This document shows positions 36,264-45,275 of a DNA stretch of 45,854 nt, piece after piece (the first letter of the stretch is position 1; each line of letters starts with the position of its first letter). Position numbers and translations under genes: made by a program. The stretch is taken from contig CAZUHN010000095.1 of assembly GCA_964620535.1 (NCBI GenBank), positions 1 to 45,854 on the forward strand, read 5' to 3'. This DNA is from an uncultured Nitrospinaceae bacterium (GTDB lineage: Bacteria; UBA8248). The notes beneath the pieces were generated by a model. The model had not been told where the DNA came from and searched no databases. It worked only from the letters and a program-made list of their open reading frames with translations.

Positions 36264-37250
36264 ATGAAGCTTGCGGCGTTCACTGCGCCTGACGCGCCGA
36301 ATGAGGAACGGGCTGGCTTCCTCGTTTCGGATGGAAGGCTCGCCGATGTGCGCGCCGCATATTCGGCCCTGTTGGCAGGGGACACGTCCGCGCAGGAAGC
36401 GGGGCGATCCCTTCCGTCTTCCGACTTGGCCGGTATCATCCAGGACGGCTCCCCGGCCTTGGATGTGCTCAAGATTCTTCAGGAACGCCTGGAGAGCGAT
36501 TTGGATAAAGGGAAGGAATTTTCCCAAGCTGCGGGACAAACCATTCTTTTTCCGCAGAACGAGGTCACCTTCCTTCCCCCTGTTCCGCGACCGGGCAAAA
36601 TCATCGCCCTCGGGATGAATTATAAGGACCATCTCGACGAAGGAGGCGATGTTCACCATGCCCCGATTTTCCCCATGGCCTTCATCAAAGTGAGTACTAC
36701 CCTCACGGGACACCTCCAGCCCATTCAGATCCCGAGGGGATCGACCCAGGTGGATTATGAGGTGGAGGTGGCGATGGTGGTCGGCCAGGGAGGCGCGAAC
36801 ATCGCCGAAAAGGATTGGAAAAAACATATATTCGGCTATACGATTTTGAACGATGTCAGTGAGCGGGAGGTCCAGCTGCCCGAATTGAAATCGGGCTTGC
36901 TCAACCTGGGAAAAAACTTCCCCACCTTCGGTCCGATGGGTCCTTGGGTGGTCACGGTCGACGAGGTGCCCAATCCCGAGGACATCGAAATTTCCTGCAC
37001 CGTCAACGATGAGCAGGAGCCGCGCCAGAGTTCGAACACCAAACATCTGATCTTCGGGATGTCCCTCCAGGTTGCCCATTTTTCACGGATGGGCCTCGAG
37101 CCCGGCGACGTGATCGCCACAGGAACTCCTTCGGGGGTGGCCGTTTTTCGCGATCCGCCCCATCCTTGGTGGCTCAAGCCCGGAGACGAGGTTCGCTGTG
37201 AGGCGTCCGGCATCGGAACCCTCGTCAATCCGGTGACCGCATCCGAGTAA
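36264..37250 (+). CDS. fumarylacetoacetate hydrolase (FAH) family protein
   Basis: GKIIALGMNYKDH, DYEVEVAMVVG, GYTILNDVSERE, GDVIATGTPSGV. ATG 36264 is preferred to the TTG 36237 of the track. Confidence 0.85.
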   Translation: MKLAAFTAPDAPNEERAGFLVSDGRLADVRAAYSALLAGDTSAQEAGRSLPSSDLAGIIQDGSPALDVLKILQERLESDLDKGKEFSQAAGQTILFPQNEVTFLPPVPRPGKIIALGMNYKDHLDEGGDVHHAPIFPMAFIKVSTTLTGHLQPIQIPRGSTQVDYEVEVAMVVGQGGANIAEKDWKKHIFGYTILNDVSEREVQLPELKSGLLNLGKNFPTFGPMGPWVVTVDEVPNPEDIEISCTVNDEQEPRQSSNTKHLIFGMSLQVAHFSRMGLEPGDVIATGTPSGVAVFRDPPHPWWLKPGDEVRCEASGIGTLVNPVTASE

Positions 37251-37354
37251 ATCGAAGTATTCGCCGGAAAAGGGGAAATCCCCCCCCCTCCCTGGCCGGA
37301 TGCTTTTCCTTCTCCGATTTTTCCCGAAGCGGCATTGCGGAAATACGGTTTGGC

Positions 37355-37383
37355 TTGACTTCGGATTTTGTTGCGCGGATAAA
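37355..37383 (+). promoter_or_regulatory. candidate sigma70-type promoter upstream of the formamidase-like gene
   Basis: TTGACT (37355-37360), a 17-nt spacer, then GATAAA (37378-37383). This would give a GC-rich leader of about 160 nt. Confidence 0.3.
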
Positions 37384-37552
37384 TAAAGAAACTTTTTCGT
37401 TTCCAGGGTGGTTGCCATAAATTCTGCCGGAGGACCTGCGCCCCTCGGCGGGGGGAAACTGCGGCTGAAAGAGTGGGAACCTTGTTGTTTGGCCGGCCAT
37501 CCCGCCCCGTTTCCGCGCACGGTCGGCGCGCACGCGAGAGGAGGAAAATGGT

Positions 37553-38512
37553 ATGAAGCGGATTCCCCGTGATCAGGCCATCGGATATCTCCTCAGCAAA
37601 GATATTCCTCCCGTCCTGCGCGTCTCGCCGGGCGAGGCGTTCGCCGTCGAGACCGAGGACAACGTCGAAGGCAACCTGCGGTCGGAGGACCGCCTCCCGA
37701 CCGTCGAGTACATTCCGGGCCTGGCCTTCACCCCTGGCAAGGCGAATCCGGTGGCGGGGCCTATCTACGTCGAGGGGGCCCAGAAAGGGGACACCCTCGC
37801 GGTCCGCATCGGCCGGATAGAGCCCGACGAGCAGGGAGTGACGTTTTTCGGGGCCGGATTCGGGCCTCTCGACGATTCGATCAAATGGCCCGAGCTGGGC
37901 AAACCTTTTACCAAGATCATCCGCCACGAGGCGGGGCCGAGTGGCACACGAAGGGACGGCAGGGCCATCTTCAACGAGAAAGTGAGCTGGGAACTCGAGC
38001 CCTTCATCGGGACCATTGCCACCGCGCCCGAGTGGGAAGGCGAGGCCGCGGTGCTCGGACAAGGCCTCTACGGAGGCAATATGGACGTGCGCGACGTCAA
38101 GGAGGGGAACACCCTTTTCCTCAACTGCTTCGTCGAAGGAGGGCTCCTTTTCGTCGGAGACGTTCACGCCTCTCAGTCTGACACCGAGTGGTACGCGGCG
38201 GCGAACGAATGCCGAGCAGAGCTTGAACTGCGCTGCGAGGTGATCAAGAATAAGGAGATTCCCAATCCGCGCATCGAAACGCCCGAGGCTATCATCCAGC
38301 TTTGCAGCGACAAGCCCCTCGAGGCCGCCGTCAACCGCGCCCTGACCGACCTGGTGGATTGGATGGTGACCGATTACGGCGTGGACGTGAAGGACGCCTA
38401 TATGTTCACTTCCATCTGTCCGGACGTGCGGATTCGCGTATACCAGATGTGTCCTCTCGGAAGGCTCCGCTTCACGGTTGGGGCCGAGATCGCGAAACGC
38501 CACCTCGTCTGA
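37553..38512 (+). CDS. acetamidase/formamidase family protein
   Basis: NPVAGPIYVEGAQKGDTLAVRI, GGNMDVRDVKEGNTLFL, GGLLFVGDVHASQSD. The length and layout match the FmdA/AmdA family. Confidence 0.85.
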   Translation: MKRIPRDQAIGYLLSKDIPPVLRVSPGEAFAVETEDNVEGNLRSEDRLPTVEYIPGLAFTPGKANPVAGPIYVEGAQKGDTLAVRIGRIEPDEQGVTFFGAGFGPLDDSIKWPELGKPFTKIIRHEAGPSGTRRDGRAIFNEKVSWELEPFIGTIATAPEWEGEAAVLGQGLYGGNMDVRDVKEGNTLFLNCFVEGGLLFVGDVHASQSDTEWYAAANECRAELELRCEVIKNKEIPNPRIETPEAIIQLCSDKPLEAAVNRALTDLVDWMVTDYGVDVKDAYMFTSICPDVRIRVYQMCPLGRLRFTVGAEIAKRHLV

Positions 38513-38526
38513 GGAAAGGAGGCGCC

Positions 38527-38748
38527 ATGCCCACAGTCGTGGTCCATCTGAGCGAGGGTCGCACCGACGACCAAAAGCGCGAAATCATCAATGACATAAC
38601 TCAAATCTTTCTCCGTCAGGAGGTGCCACTGAAGGGGATAACCGTCATCCTCAACGAGATCCCCAATATGCATTATGGCCTCTCCGGAAAACCTGTAGCG
38701 GATCTCTTCAAGTCCCCCGAGGACGTTTCCGCCTACTTCGGTACCTGA
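38527..38748 (+). CDS. 4-oxalocrotonate tautomerase family protein
   Basis: Begins MPTVVVHLSEGRTDDQKREIINDITQ (Pro-1 after Met, typical 4-OT pattern). ATG 38527 follows AGGAGG. It lies inside the longer track ORF 38302..38748. Confidence 0.8.
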   Translation: MPTVVVHLSEGRTDDQKREIINDITQIFLRQEVPLKGITVILNEIPNMHYGLSGKPVADLFKSPEDVSAYFGT

Positions 38749-38765
38749 GGCAAAAGGAGGACCGC

Positions 38766-39521
38766 GTGGACTTCACCGGAAAAGTGGCTCTCGTCACAGG
38801 GGGATCGCGCGGAATGGGAAGGGAGATAGCGGTCCGTCTCGCCCAGGCGGGTGCGGATGTGGCCGTGAATTACGTTTCGAATATAGACGCGGCAGGAGAA
38901 GTCGTCGCCAAAATCCAGGCTGCGGGCAGAAAGGGCCTCGCCGTCCAAGCGGATGCGCGCAACCGCGCCGCGGTCGAGGCCATGGTCGATCGGGTGCAGA
39001 AGGAACTGGGTTCCATCAACGTCCTCATCGTAGCGGCAGGCCAGCTCATCGTAAAGGATTTCTTGGATACGACCGAAGAAGATTGGGATCTCATGTGGGA
39101 TCTGCACATGAAGGGAAGCTTCCTCGTCACCTATCCGGTGGCGAAGAAGATGAAGGAAAACGGGGGCGGGAACATCATCCTCATCACCTCGAGCACCGCC
39201 GCCAAGGTGGCCGATCCGGGCATCGCGGCCTACGGCTCCTCGAAGGCGGGCCAGACGATGTATGCCAAATCCCTCGCCTTTGCCTTGGCCGGCGACAACA
39301 TCCGAGTCAACGCCGTCGTACCGGGAACCACCCGGACCGATATGGTCGCCGAATGGCTCAAGGATCCCAAGATCGAGGAGGCACTCATCGAGCCCATTCC
39401 GCTGAAGCGTCTGGGGACGGTGGAAGACGTGGCCACGGCCTGCCTCTTCCTCGCCTCGGACGAAACTTCGTTCATCACCGGCGCCGCCCTTCCCGTGGAC
39501 GGCGGCTTCACGCTCGCTTGA
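38766..39521 (+). CDS. SDR family oxidoreductase (FabG-like), paralogue 1
   Basis: TGGSRGMGREIA, YGSSK (YxxxK) and a C-terminal PVDGG. NNAG is replaced by VAAG. Confidence 0.9.
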   Translation: MDFTGKVALVTGGSRGMGREIAVRLAQAGADVAVNYVSNIDAAGEVVAKIQAAGRKGLAVQADARNRAAVEAMVDRVQKELGSINVLIVAAGQLIVKDFLDTTEEDWDLMWDLHMKGSFLVTYPVAKKMKENGGGNIILITSSTAAKVADPGIAAYGSSKAGQTMYAKSLAFALAGDNIRVNAVVPGTTRTDMVAEWLKDPKIEEALIEPIPLKRLGTVEDVATACLFLASDETSFITGAALPVDGGFTLA

Positions 39522-39545
39522 GGAGGGGTCTCCCTGAACGCACGG

Positions 39546-40292
39546 ATGAAGGACCAGGTGGCCGTCGTGACCGGCTCTTCCCGCGGCATCGGCCGAGGGG
39601 TCGCGCTCAACCTCGCCGGGGAAGGCGCCAGGGTGGTGGTCAACTACGTCAACCGGAAGGACAAGGCCGAGGAAGTGGTGGAGGAAATCAAGTCTCTCGG
39701 CGGCGAGTCGATCGCCTGTCAGGCAGATGTTTCCAATAAAGAACAGGTGGACGCCATGATGGCCGAAGCGGTCAAGACCTTCGGGCGGATCGATGTCCTG
39801 GTGAATAACGCCGGGATCGTGGTCTTCAAAGAGTTTTTCGATTTCACCGAGGAAGACTGGGACTACACCACGAATACCAATGTTAAGGGCGTGTTCCTGT
39901 GCAGCCAGGCCGCGGCCCGGCAGATGATGAAGACCGGCGGCGGGAACATAGTGGGGGTTGCCTCCATCTCGGGCGAGAAGGTCACCGCCACCACCCAGAC
40001 CGCCTATTGCGCCTCCAAGGGGGGGTACCACATGCTCATCAAGTGCATGGCGGTGGCGCTGGCCCCGCACAAGATCCGGGTGAACGCAGTCCTTCCCGGC
40101 GGCATCCCGACCGATCAGAACATCGAGTTCCTCCAGGTCCCCGAAATCCTGGAATTCTTCGTCAACCACACGCCTTTGGGGCGGGTCGGCACCCCTGACG
40201 ACGTGGCGGGTGCTGTGAAATACTTCGCCTCGGACGAGGCGAGCTGGGTGACGGGGGCCCTCCTCGTCATGGACGGAGGGTACATTCTCTAG
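39546..40292 (+). CDS. SDR family oxidoreductase (FabG-like), paralogue 2
   Basis: TGSSRGIGRGVA, NNAG, YCASK, VMDGG. Confidence 0.9.
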   Translation: MKDQVAVVTGSSRGIGRGVALNLAGEGARVVVNYVNRKDKAEEVVEEIKSLGGESIACQADVSNKEQVDAMMAEAVKTFGRIDVLVNNAGIVVFKEFFDFTEEDWDYTTNTNVKGVFLCSQAAARQMMKTGGGNIVGVASISGEKVTATTQTAYCASKGGYHMLIKCMAVALAPHKIRVNAVLPGGIPTDQNIEFLQVPEILEFFVNHTPLGRVGTPDDVAGAVKYFASDEASWVTGALLVMDGGYIL

Positions 40293-40337
40293 CGGCGCGC
40301 GATCTGCTGGAAGGGCGAGGGAAAGAGCATAAAGAGC

Positions 40338-40769
40338 ATGAAGATAATCGGCCTCCACCACTCCACCATCGGGGTGGGCGACCTGGACCGCTCCCTCGCT
40401 TTTTACCGCGATTTGTTGGGGTTAAAGGAGGTACGCGTCTGGGTGGAGTCAGACCCCCAGGTGGACCTGATCGTGGGGCTCGAGGACGCTCACTTGAAAA
40501 TCGCCCACCTCGATACGGGTGGGGGCGTCGTCGAGCTCATCGAATACACCCGCCCAAAGGGCCGGCCAATATCGCCCGCGTTCCGCCAGTGCGACGTCGG
40601 ACCCACCCACATCGCCTTTCTCGTGGACGACATCGAAGGCTTCTACCAGAAGCTCAAAGACGTCGGCGTCAAATTCAGCTGCCCGCCCCAGGAGCGTCCG
40701 AACGGATGGAAGGCTACATATTTTTTCGATCCGGACGGGAGCACCCTGGAACTCCTCCAAGAGCCGTAA
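40338..40769 (+). CDS. VOC/glyoxalase-bleomycin resistance family protein
   Basis: LHHSTIGVGDLDRSLAFYRDLLGL...THIAF...DPDGSTLEL. Confidence 0.85.
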   Translation: MKIIGLHHSTIGVGDLDRSLAFYRDLLGLKEVRVWVESDPQVDLIVGLEDAHLKIAHLDTGGGVVELIEYTRPKGRPISPAFRQCDVGPTHIAFLVDDIEGFYQKLKDVGVKFSCPPQERPNGWKATYFFDPDGSTLELLQEP

Positions 40770-40862
40770 GAGCGATCTCTTCCTGAAGGGGCGAATCCGT
40801 CCCGCGGTCTGATCCGAATGTAGCGAGAGAAGAGCCCGTTCGGGTGCGTTGCTCCGTTGGAC

Positions 40863-42149
40863 TCAATAGCCCGCGAGGCGAGGGAGCAGAAGGGAGAGCG
40901 CGGGAATGAAGGCCACCGCGAAAAGTACGATAATAAGCTGGAGGAGATAGGGGAGGCAGGCACGAGTGATCTGGTCCAGCCGGAGCCCGGAGATGGAACA
41001 AGCCACGAAGAGGCACAATCCCACCGGGGGGGTGAGGAGTCCGATCACGAGTCCGACGACGATGACCGTGCCGAAATGCACCGGGTCGATGCCCATCGCC
41101 TTGGCGGCGGGCAGCAACACCGGCACCAGCACGATGATGGCCCCGGAGGGCTCGAGCAGCATTCCGACGAGGAGCAGCAAGACGATGACGATGATCAAGA
41201 AAATCCACCAGGTGGTGGTCATGCTCGTGATGAATTCCGCGACCTGATCGGGGATTTGTTCATACGCGAAAACGAAAGCGAGAATCTTGGATGTGGCGAT
41301 GATCAGCAGGACGACGGCCGAGGTGATAGAGGTGTCGAGCAAGACTTGGGGCATTCGCGCGAATTGAATCTCCCGAAAGATGAAGGTGCCGATGAGGAGA
41401 GCGTAGAAAGCGGCGATGGCGGCGGCCTCGGTGGGAGTGGTGATCCCGAAGACGATTCCTCCCACGATGATGACCGGCATGACGAGGGCGAGAAGGCCGT
41501 CGCGGAACGCGGCCCATTTCTCCTCACGCGTGAAGGTGAAAGCGCCCCGCTCGACGTCGTGCACCCCCCGCCGGCGGACCAGGAACATGTTCAGCGCGAT
41601 CATCGTGAATCCGATCAAAAGACCCGGGATCACTCCCGCGAGGAAGAGTGCCCCCACCGACGCCCCTGAAACAAAGGCGTACACCAGCATGGGGATGCTC
41701 GGAGGGATAATGGGACCCATGGTGGAGCTCGAAGCGGTCACCGCCGCCGCGAAGGAAGGCTCGTAGCCGTCCTGCTTCATGGCGGGAATGAGCACCGAGC
41801 CCACGGCCGAGGTGTCCGCCACCGCCGATCCGGTGATGCCGCCGAAGAACATGCTGGTGACCACGTTTACCTGGGCCAGGCTGCCCCGTACGTTTCCCAC
41901 GATGAGGCGGGAGAATCGGACCAGCCGCTGGGTGATCCCTCCCTCGTTCATGAGGCGGCCGGCGAGGATGAAAAAGGGGATGCTTGTCAGCAAAAAAACG
42001 TCCAGGCTGTGGAAAATTTCGCTTGGCAGAATAATGAAGTCCAGGTCGGTGTAGGCCAAGAGGAAAACCAGCGAGGCCGCGCCCAGAACCACCGCGATGG
42101 GCACCCCGATTCCGAGGAAGGCCAAAAAGGATAATGCCAGAGTGAGCAA
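40863..42149 (-). CDS. dctM: TRAP transporter large permease
   Basis: 428-aa polytopic protein with typical DctM composition. It lies downstream of the dctQ-like and dctP-like genes. Confidence 0.9.
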   Translation of the reverse strand: MLTLALSFLAFLGIGVPIAVVLGAASLVFLLAYTDLDFIILPSEIFHSLDVFLLTSIPFFILAGRLMNEGGITQRLVRFSRLIVGNVRGSLAQVNVVTSMFFGGITGSAVADTSAVGSVLIPAMKQDGYEPSFAAAVTASSSTMGPIIPPSIPMLVYAFVSGASVGALFLAGVIPGLLIGFTMIALNMFLVRRRGVHDVERGAFTFTREEKWAAFRDGLLALVMPVIIVGGIVFGITTPTEAAAIAAFYALLIGTFIFREIQFARMPQVLLDTSITSAVVLLIIATSKILAFVFAYEQIPDQVAEFITSMTTTWWIFLIIVIVLLLLVGMLLEPSGAIIVLVPVLLPAAKAMGIDPVHFGTVIVVGLVIGLLTPPVGLCLFVACSISGLRLDQITRACLPYLLQLIIVLFAVAFIPALSLLLPRLAGY

Positions 42150-42190
42150 ATGGCTTCCTTTCTCCCGCGCGTCGGCTCAGGGGCGGACGC

Positions 42191-42685
42191 TCAGCGCAAC
42201 GGTTCTGAAAAGTTGCGGAGCAGGTTTTCGATCGATTGCAACGCCATCAAAGCGGCCCCGATCGGTATGCCGATGTAGACATAGCCATAGGCGATGGGCA
42301 GCGCGGTTGCCAGCTGGGTCATATTCTCGATGGCATAGCGCGTGCCGTAATAGATGACGAAGAGCCAAAAGATCAGGACGATTCCTTCAGACGCGAGAAT
42401 GCCCGCCCGGCGGAGCGCTGGCGTAAACATGTTCCGGAGTAGATCCAAGCTCAGGTGCTGCCCCCGCCGCATAGCGACGCTGGCCCCGAAGAAGGAAACC
42501 CAGACCAGCATGTAACGGGCCAGCTCCTCGCTCCAGGACAGGCTCGCGTTCATGACGTAGCGCTGGAATACCTGAAGCCAAACCACGAGGGTCATGACCG
42601 CCATGAGGAAGATGGTGAAGGCGCAGATCCCTCGGTCCAGGCGGTCGTTCAGCTTTTCGAGTCTGCACAGGAGCATCTCATTCAT
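42191..42685 (-). CDS. dctQ: TRAP transporter small permease
   Basis: 164 aa with four hydrophobic segments, positioned between dctP and dctM. Confidence 0.8.
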   Translation of the reverse strand: MNEMLLCRLEKLNDRLDRGICAFTIFLMAVMTLVVWLQVFQRYVMNASLSWSEELARYMLVWVSFFGASVAMRRGQHLSLDLLRNMFTPALRRAGILASEGIVLIFWLFVIYYGTRYAIENMTQLATALPIAYGYVYIGIPIGAALMALQSIENLLRNFSEPLR

Positions 42686-42783
42686 CCCATTTTGGTTTCC
42701 CTAAATCATAACAAACGGGCGCCCAGAGAGGGAACCCCTGAGCGCCCGCTGTTATTTATCAGGAAACCGTATTCTTTTTCGCC

Positions 42784-43830
42784 CTAATTGGGTCGGCTGG
42801 CGATGATTGCCTTTACCAGATCCTGCGCCGCCGTGCCCGAGTTGCCCCTCTTGTCCACTTCTTTTGCATAGCTGTGCCAGACTGGCTGGATTTTCTTCAT
42901 GAAAGCGCTCACGTTGATATCGGTGATGATCATTCCCTTCTTTTTCATGTCTTTCACCGCTTGGGTCTGTTTGCTGAGGAAGAGTTCGCGCTGGAAGGCG
43001 GCCGCCTCTTTGATTGAAGATTGAACCGCGCTCTTCACATCGGCGGGAAGGGAACTCCACCACTTTTTGGAAACGACTATCGGGCGCGGTTCGGCCAAAT
43101 AGGCGTTGCTCGGATTGGTGGCGTACTTGAGGTTCTCGTAAAATTTCATGTTCTTGATCGACATCCAGTCGACAGTCGATCCTTCGATGATTCCCTGCTT
43201 CAGCCCCATGTAAACCTGCCCGTAGGGCAGGGGAGTGGGGTTAGCCCCGAACGCTTTTAGGGCGGCGACCATCGCTTTATTGGGCATGGTCCGGATCTTG
43301 GCGCCTTTGAGGTCGGCGGGCGTGCGAACGGGAACCTTGACCGTCTCGATGGAGCTGTCCCCTGTGCTGAACCATGCGAGCACCAGGAAGTCCGACTGTT
43401 TGGCGACGATGGCGGCCATCTTCTTCCCGAGGGGGCCAGTGGCGATGGACGTCATGTGGGCTTGGTTCTTGATGAGAAAGGGGAGTTCCACGATATCTAC
43501 GATGGGGGCGAAACCCGCAAAGGCGCCCGCGCCGATGCCCATGTGGACCGTCCCCTGCAGGATGCCCTCTTCGATTTTCCGCTCATCGCCCAGTTGGCGC
43601 GAGTGGTAGAGCTTTACGTTCACCTTGCCGGCTGCCCTTTTCTCGACGAGCTCCTTGAACTTCTTCTGCCCATCATAATAGGGAAAGGCGGCGGGGGTGA
43701 CTGAAGCGAAGCGGATTTCCGTTGCCGCGTTCGCCGCCGGTATTGTAAGCAAGGCCACGGTCCAGATGGTGGCCAGAGGCATCCCAATCCACTTTGCGAA
43801 GAATATTAAGGTTCCACCTGGGGATCGCAT
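42784..43830 (-). CDS. dctP: TRAP transporter substrate-binding protein
   Basis: Signal peptide ...LLTIPAANAATEIRF followed by a DctP-like fold. ATG 43830 lies 8 nt after AAGGAG. The track ORF starts 16 codons earlier. Confidence 0.9.
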   Translation of the reverse strand: MRSPGGTLIFFAKWIGMPLATIWTVALLTIPAANAATEIRFASVTPAAFPYYDGQKKFKELVEKRAAGKVNVKLYHSRQLGDERKIEEGILQGTVHMGIGAGAFAGFAPIVDIVELPFLIKNQAHMTSIATGPLGKKMAAIVAKQSDFLVLAWFSTGDSSIETVKVPVRTPADLKGAKIRTMPNKAMVAALKAFGANPTPLPYGQVYMGLKQGIIEGSTVDWMSIKNMKFYENLKYATNPSNAYLAEPRPIVVSKKWWSSLPADVKSAVQSSIKEAAAFQRELFLSKQTQAVKDMKKKGMIITDINVSAFMKKIQPVWHSYAKEVDKRGNSGTAAQDLVKAIIASRPN

Positions 43831-44033
43831 GAAAAATCTCCTTCTAGCAATAGGTGAGAAGCACGCTGATAAGACCACTCGAAAAAATCGTACGTGTTAA
43901 ACTTTAGGCCCGCCGTCATCATTCGGGGGATGAAATTTTGCCGGTAAACTTTCCCTCTGCGCAGATGGGTACCCTTCCCCCCGTGTCAGCGATTCCCGCA
44001 ACATGACCAATAGATTATGTGGATATTCCAATA

Positions 44034-44062
44034 ATCTTATGGTTTCAGGAGTAAATAGTCAA
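44034..44062 (-). promoter_or_regulatory. candidate sigma70-type promoter for dctPQM
   Basis: On the minus strand: TTGACT (44062-44057), a 17-nt spacer, then TAAGAT (44039-44034). A G10 run (44089-44098, C10 on plus) lies about 27 nt upstream of the -35. Confidence 0.3.
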
Positions 44063-44104
44063 GTCGCGCCAGTCCAGTCTTTCTGTTGCCCCCCCCCCGA
44101 ATAT

Positions 44105-44485
44105 TTATTCTTTTTTCTCCAGGGTCATCAGGGCCCGTAAACCGTAATGGAGGGTGGGCAATCCCCCCGATATGGAGGCGGTTTCGAGGGCTTCCTGAAT
44201 TTCCATCTCACTGGCCCCCTTCTCCATCGCAGACCGCATGTGGGTGTGGACGGCGTCCATCGGGGCCATCCGGAAGCAGAGTATGCCGATGTGGACCAAT
44301 TCGCGGTACTTGCCCGGAAGGGTCCGTCCGTCAGCGAAGGTGACCGGCGCCATATGGGAATACGCCTCAAAATAGGCTGGATCCCGCTCGGCCCCAAATT
44401 CCCACTCGGGAAGCATATATCCTCGATCACCCCGCATTTTTCCAATTATGGCTTTCGCCCGTTCCTTTCGCTCGTTCTCGTCCAT
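44105..44485 (-). CDS. carboxymuconolactone decarboxylase (CMD/AhpD-like) family protein
   Basis: 126 aa with ...LPGKYRELVHIGILC....HTHMRSAMEKGASEMEIQEALETASISGGLP, the typical CMD helical core. Confidence 0.75.
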   Translation of the reverse strand: MDENERKERAKAIIGKMRGDRGYMLPEWEFGAERDPAYFEAYSHMAPVTFADGRTLPGKYRELVHIGILCFRMAPMDAVHTHMRSAMEKGASEMEIQEALETASISGGLPTLHYGLRALMTLEKKE

Positions 44486-44606
44486 GACGAGTCCTTTCTC
44501 CTACGTCCACCGAGCAAACAAGATCGGCGGAGCTTGAGTGGCGCGAATTCTCTTTTTTATCGAATGACCTGTCTGCCGCCGGGGGTCCGGCGGGAAAGCC
44601 TCCCTC

Positions 44607-45074
44607 CTAGGAGCGAACCTGGAGCGTGAGAATCGTCTCGATCGGTGCATCGTAGGTGAGCTCGTTCTGGTACAGCGCGGCGCGGGCATGCTTTCCCTTC
44701 TCCTTGCCGAAGACTTCCACCAAAAGATCACTCTCACCGTTCACCACCCATGGCGCCTCCTTGAAGCCCGGCGCTGCGTTCACGTAGCCGACCAGGCGCA
44801 CCACGCGGATCACCCGGTCTAAATCTCCGTCGAGGCACTGCTTCGCCATGGCCAGGTGGTTCAGACCCGTAAGGCGGGCCGATTGATAGCCCTGCTCTAC
44901 GGTCAGGTCCGTTCCGAGCTTTCCCTTAATGGGAACCTCGCCGTTGACTATGCCGATGGTGCCCGCCAGATGAAGAATCTCTCCCACGATGACGCCCGGA
45001 ACATAATTCGCTACGGCCTGTGGCACCTCAGGCAGCACGATCCCCAATTCTTTGAGTCTTTCCTCAGCTCCCAT
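44607..45074 (-). CDS. RidA/YjgF family protein
   Basis: LPEVPQAVANYVPGVIVGEILHLAG...KGKLG..LTVEQGYQSARL...V.GYVNAAP...AR.A...L.....IE. 155 aa. Confidence 0.85.
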   Translation of the reverse strand: MGAEERLKELGIVLPEVPQAVANYVPGVIVGEILHLAGTIGIVNGEVPIKGKLGTDLTVEQGYQSARLTGLNHLAMAKQCLDGDLDRVIRVVRLVGYVNAAPGFKEAPWVVNGESDLLVEVFGKEKGKHARAALYQNELTYDAPIETILTLQVRS

Positions 45075-45275
45075 AATACTCTCCTTTGGTTGTGCATCCG
45101 GAAACAGCTATTTTTTCGCGATACGGCTTCGCGTGACGCGATGTACTCAATCGGGTTTGCGGCAAAACGATTTTTATAATAAAAAAGCGAAGCTTCATTT
45201 CATGAAATCTGAATGTAACTTATTATTCGCAGATGAATTTCACAATCTGCTTCTTCTCCGAAAAGGAATTTTGAC

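Noticed and set aside
36836-38503. 555-aa ORF antisense to the FAH and formamidase-like genes.
   Set aside because: It spans two well-supported plus-strand genes and their spacer, and its composition is that of an antisense artefact.
38733-40361. 542-aa ORF antisense to the two SDR genes.
   Set aside because: As above: the sense-strand genes carry complete SDR motifs, and the antisense translation is low complexity.
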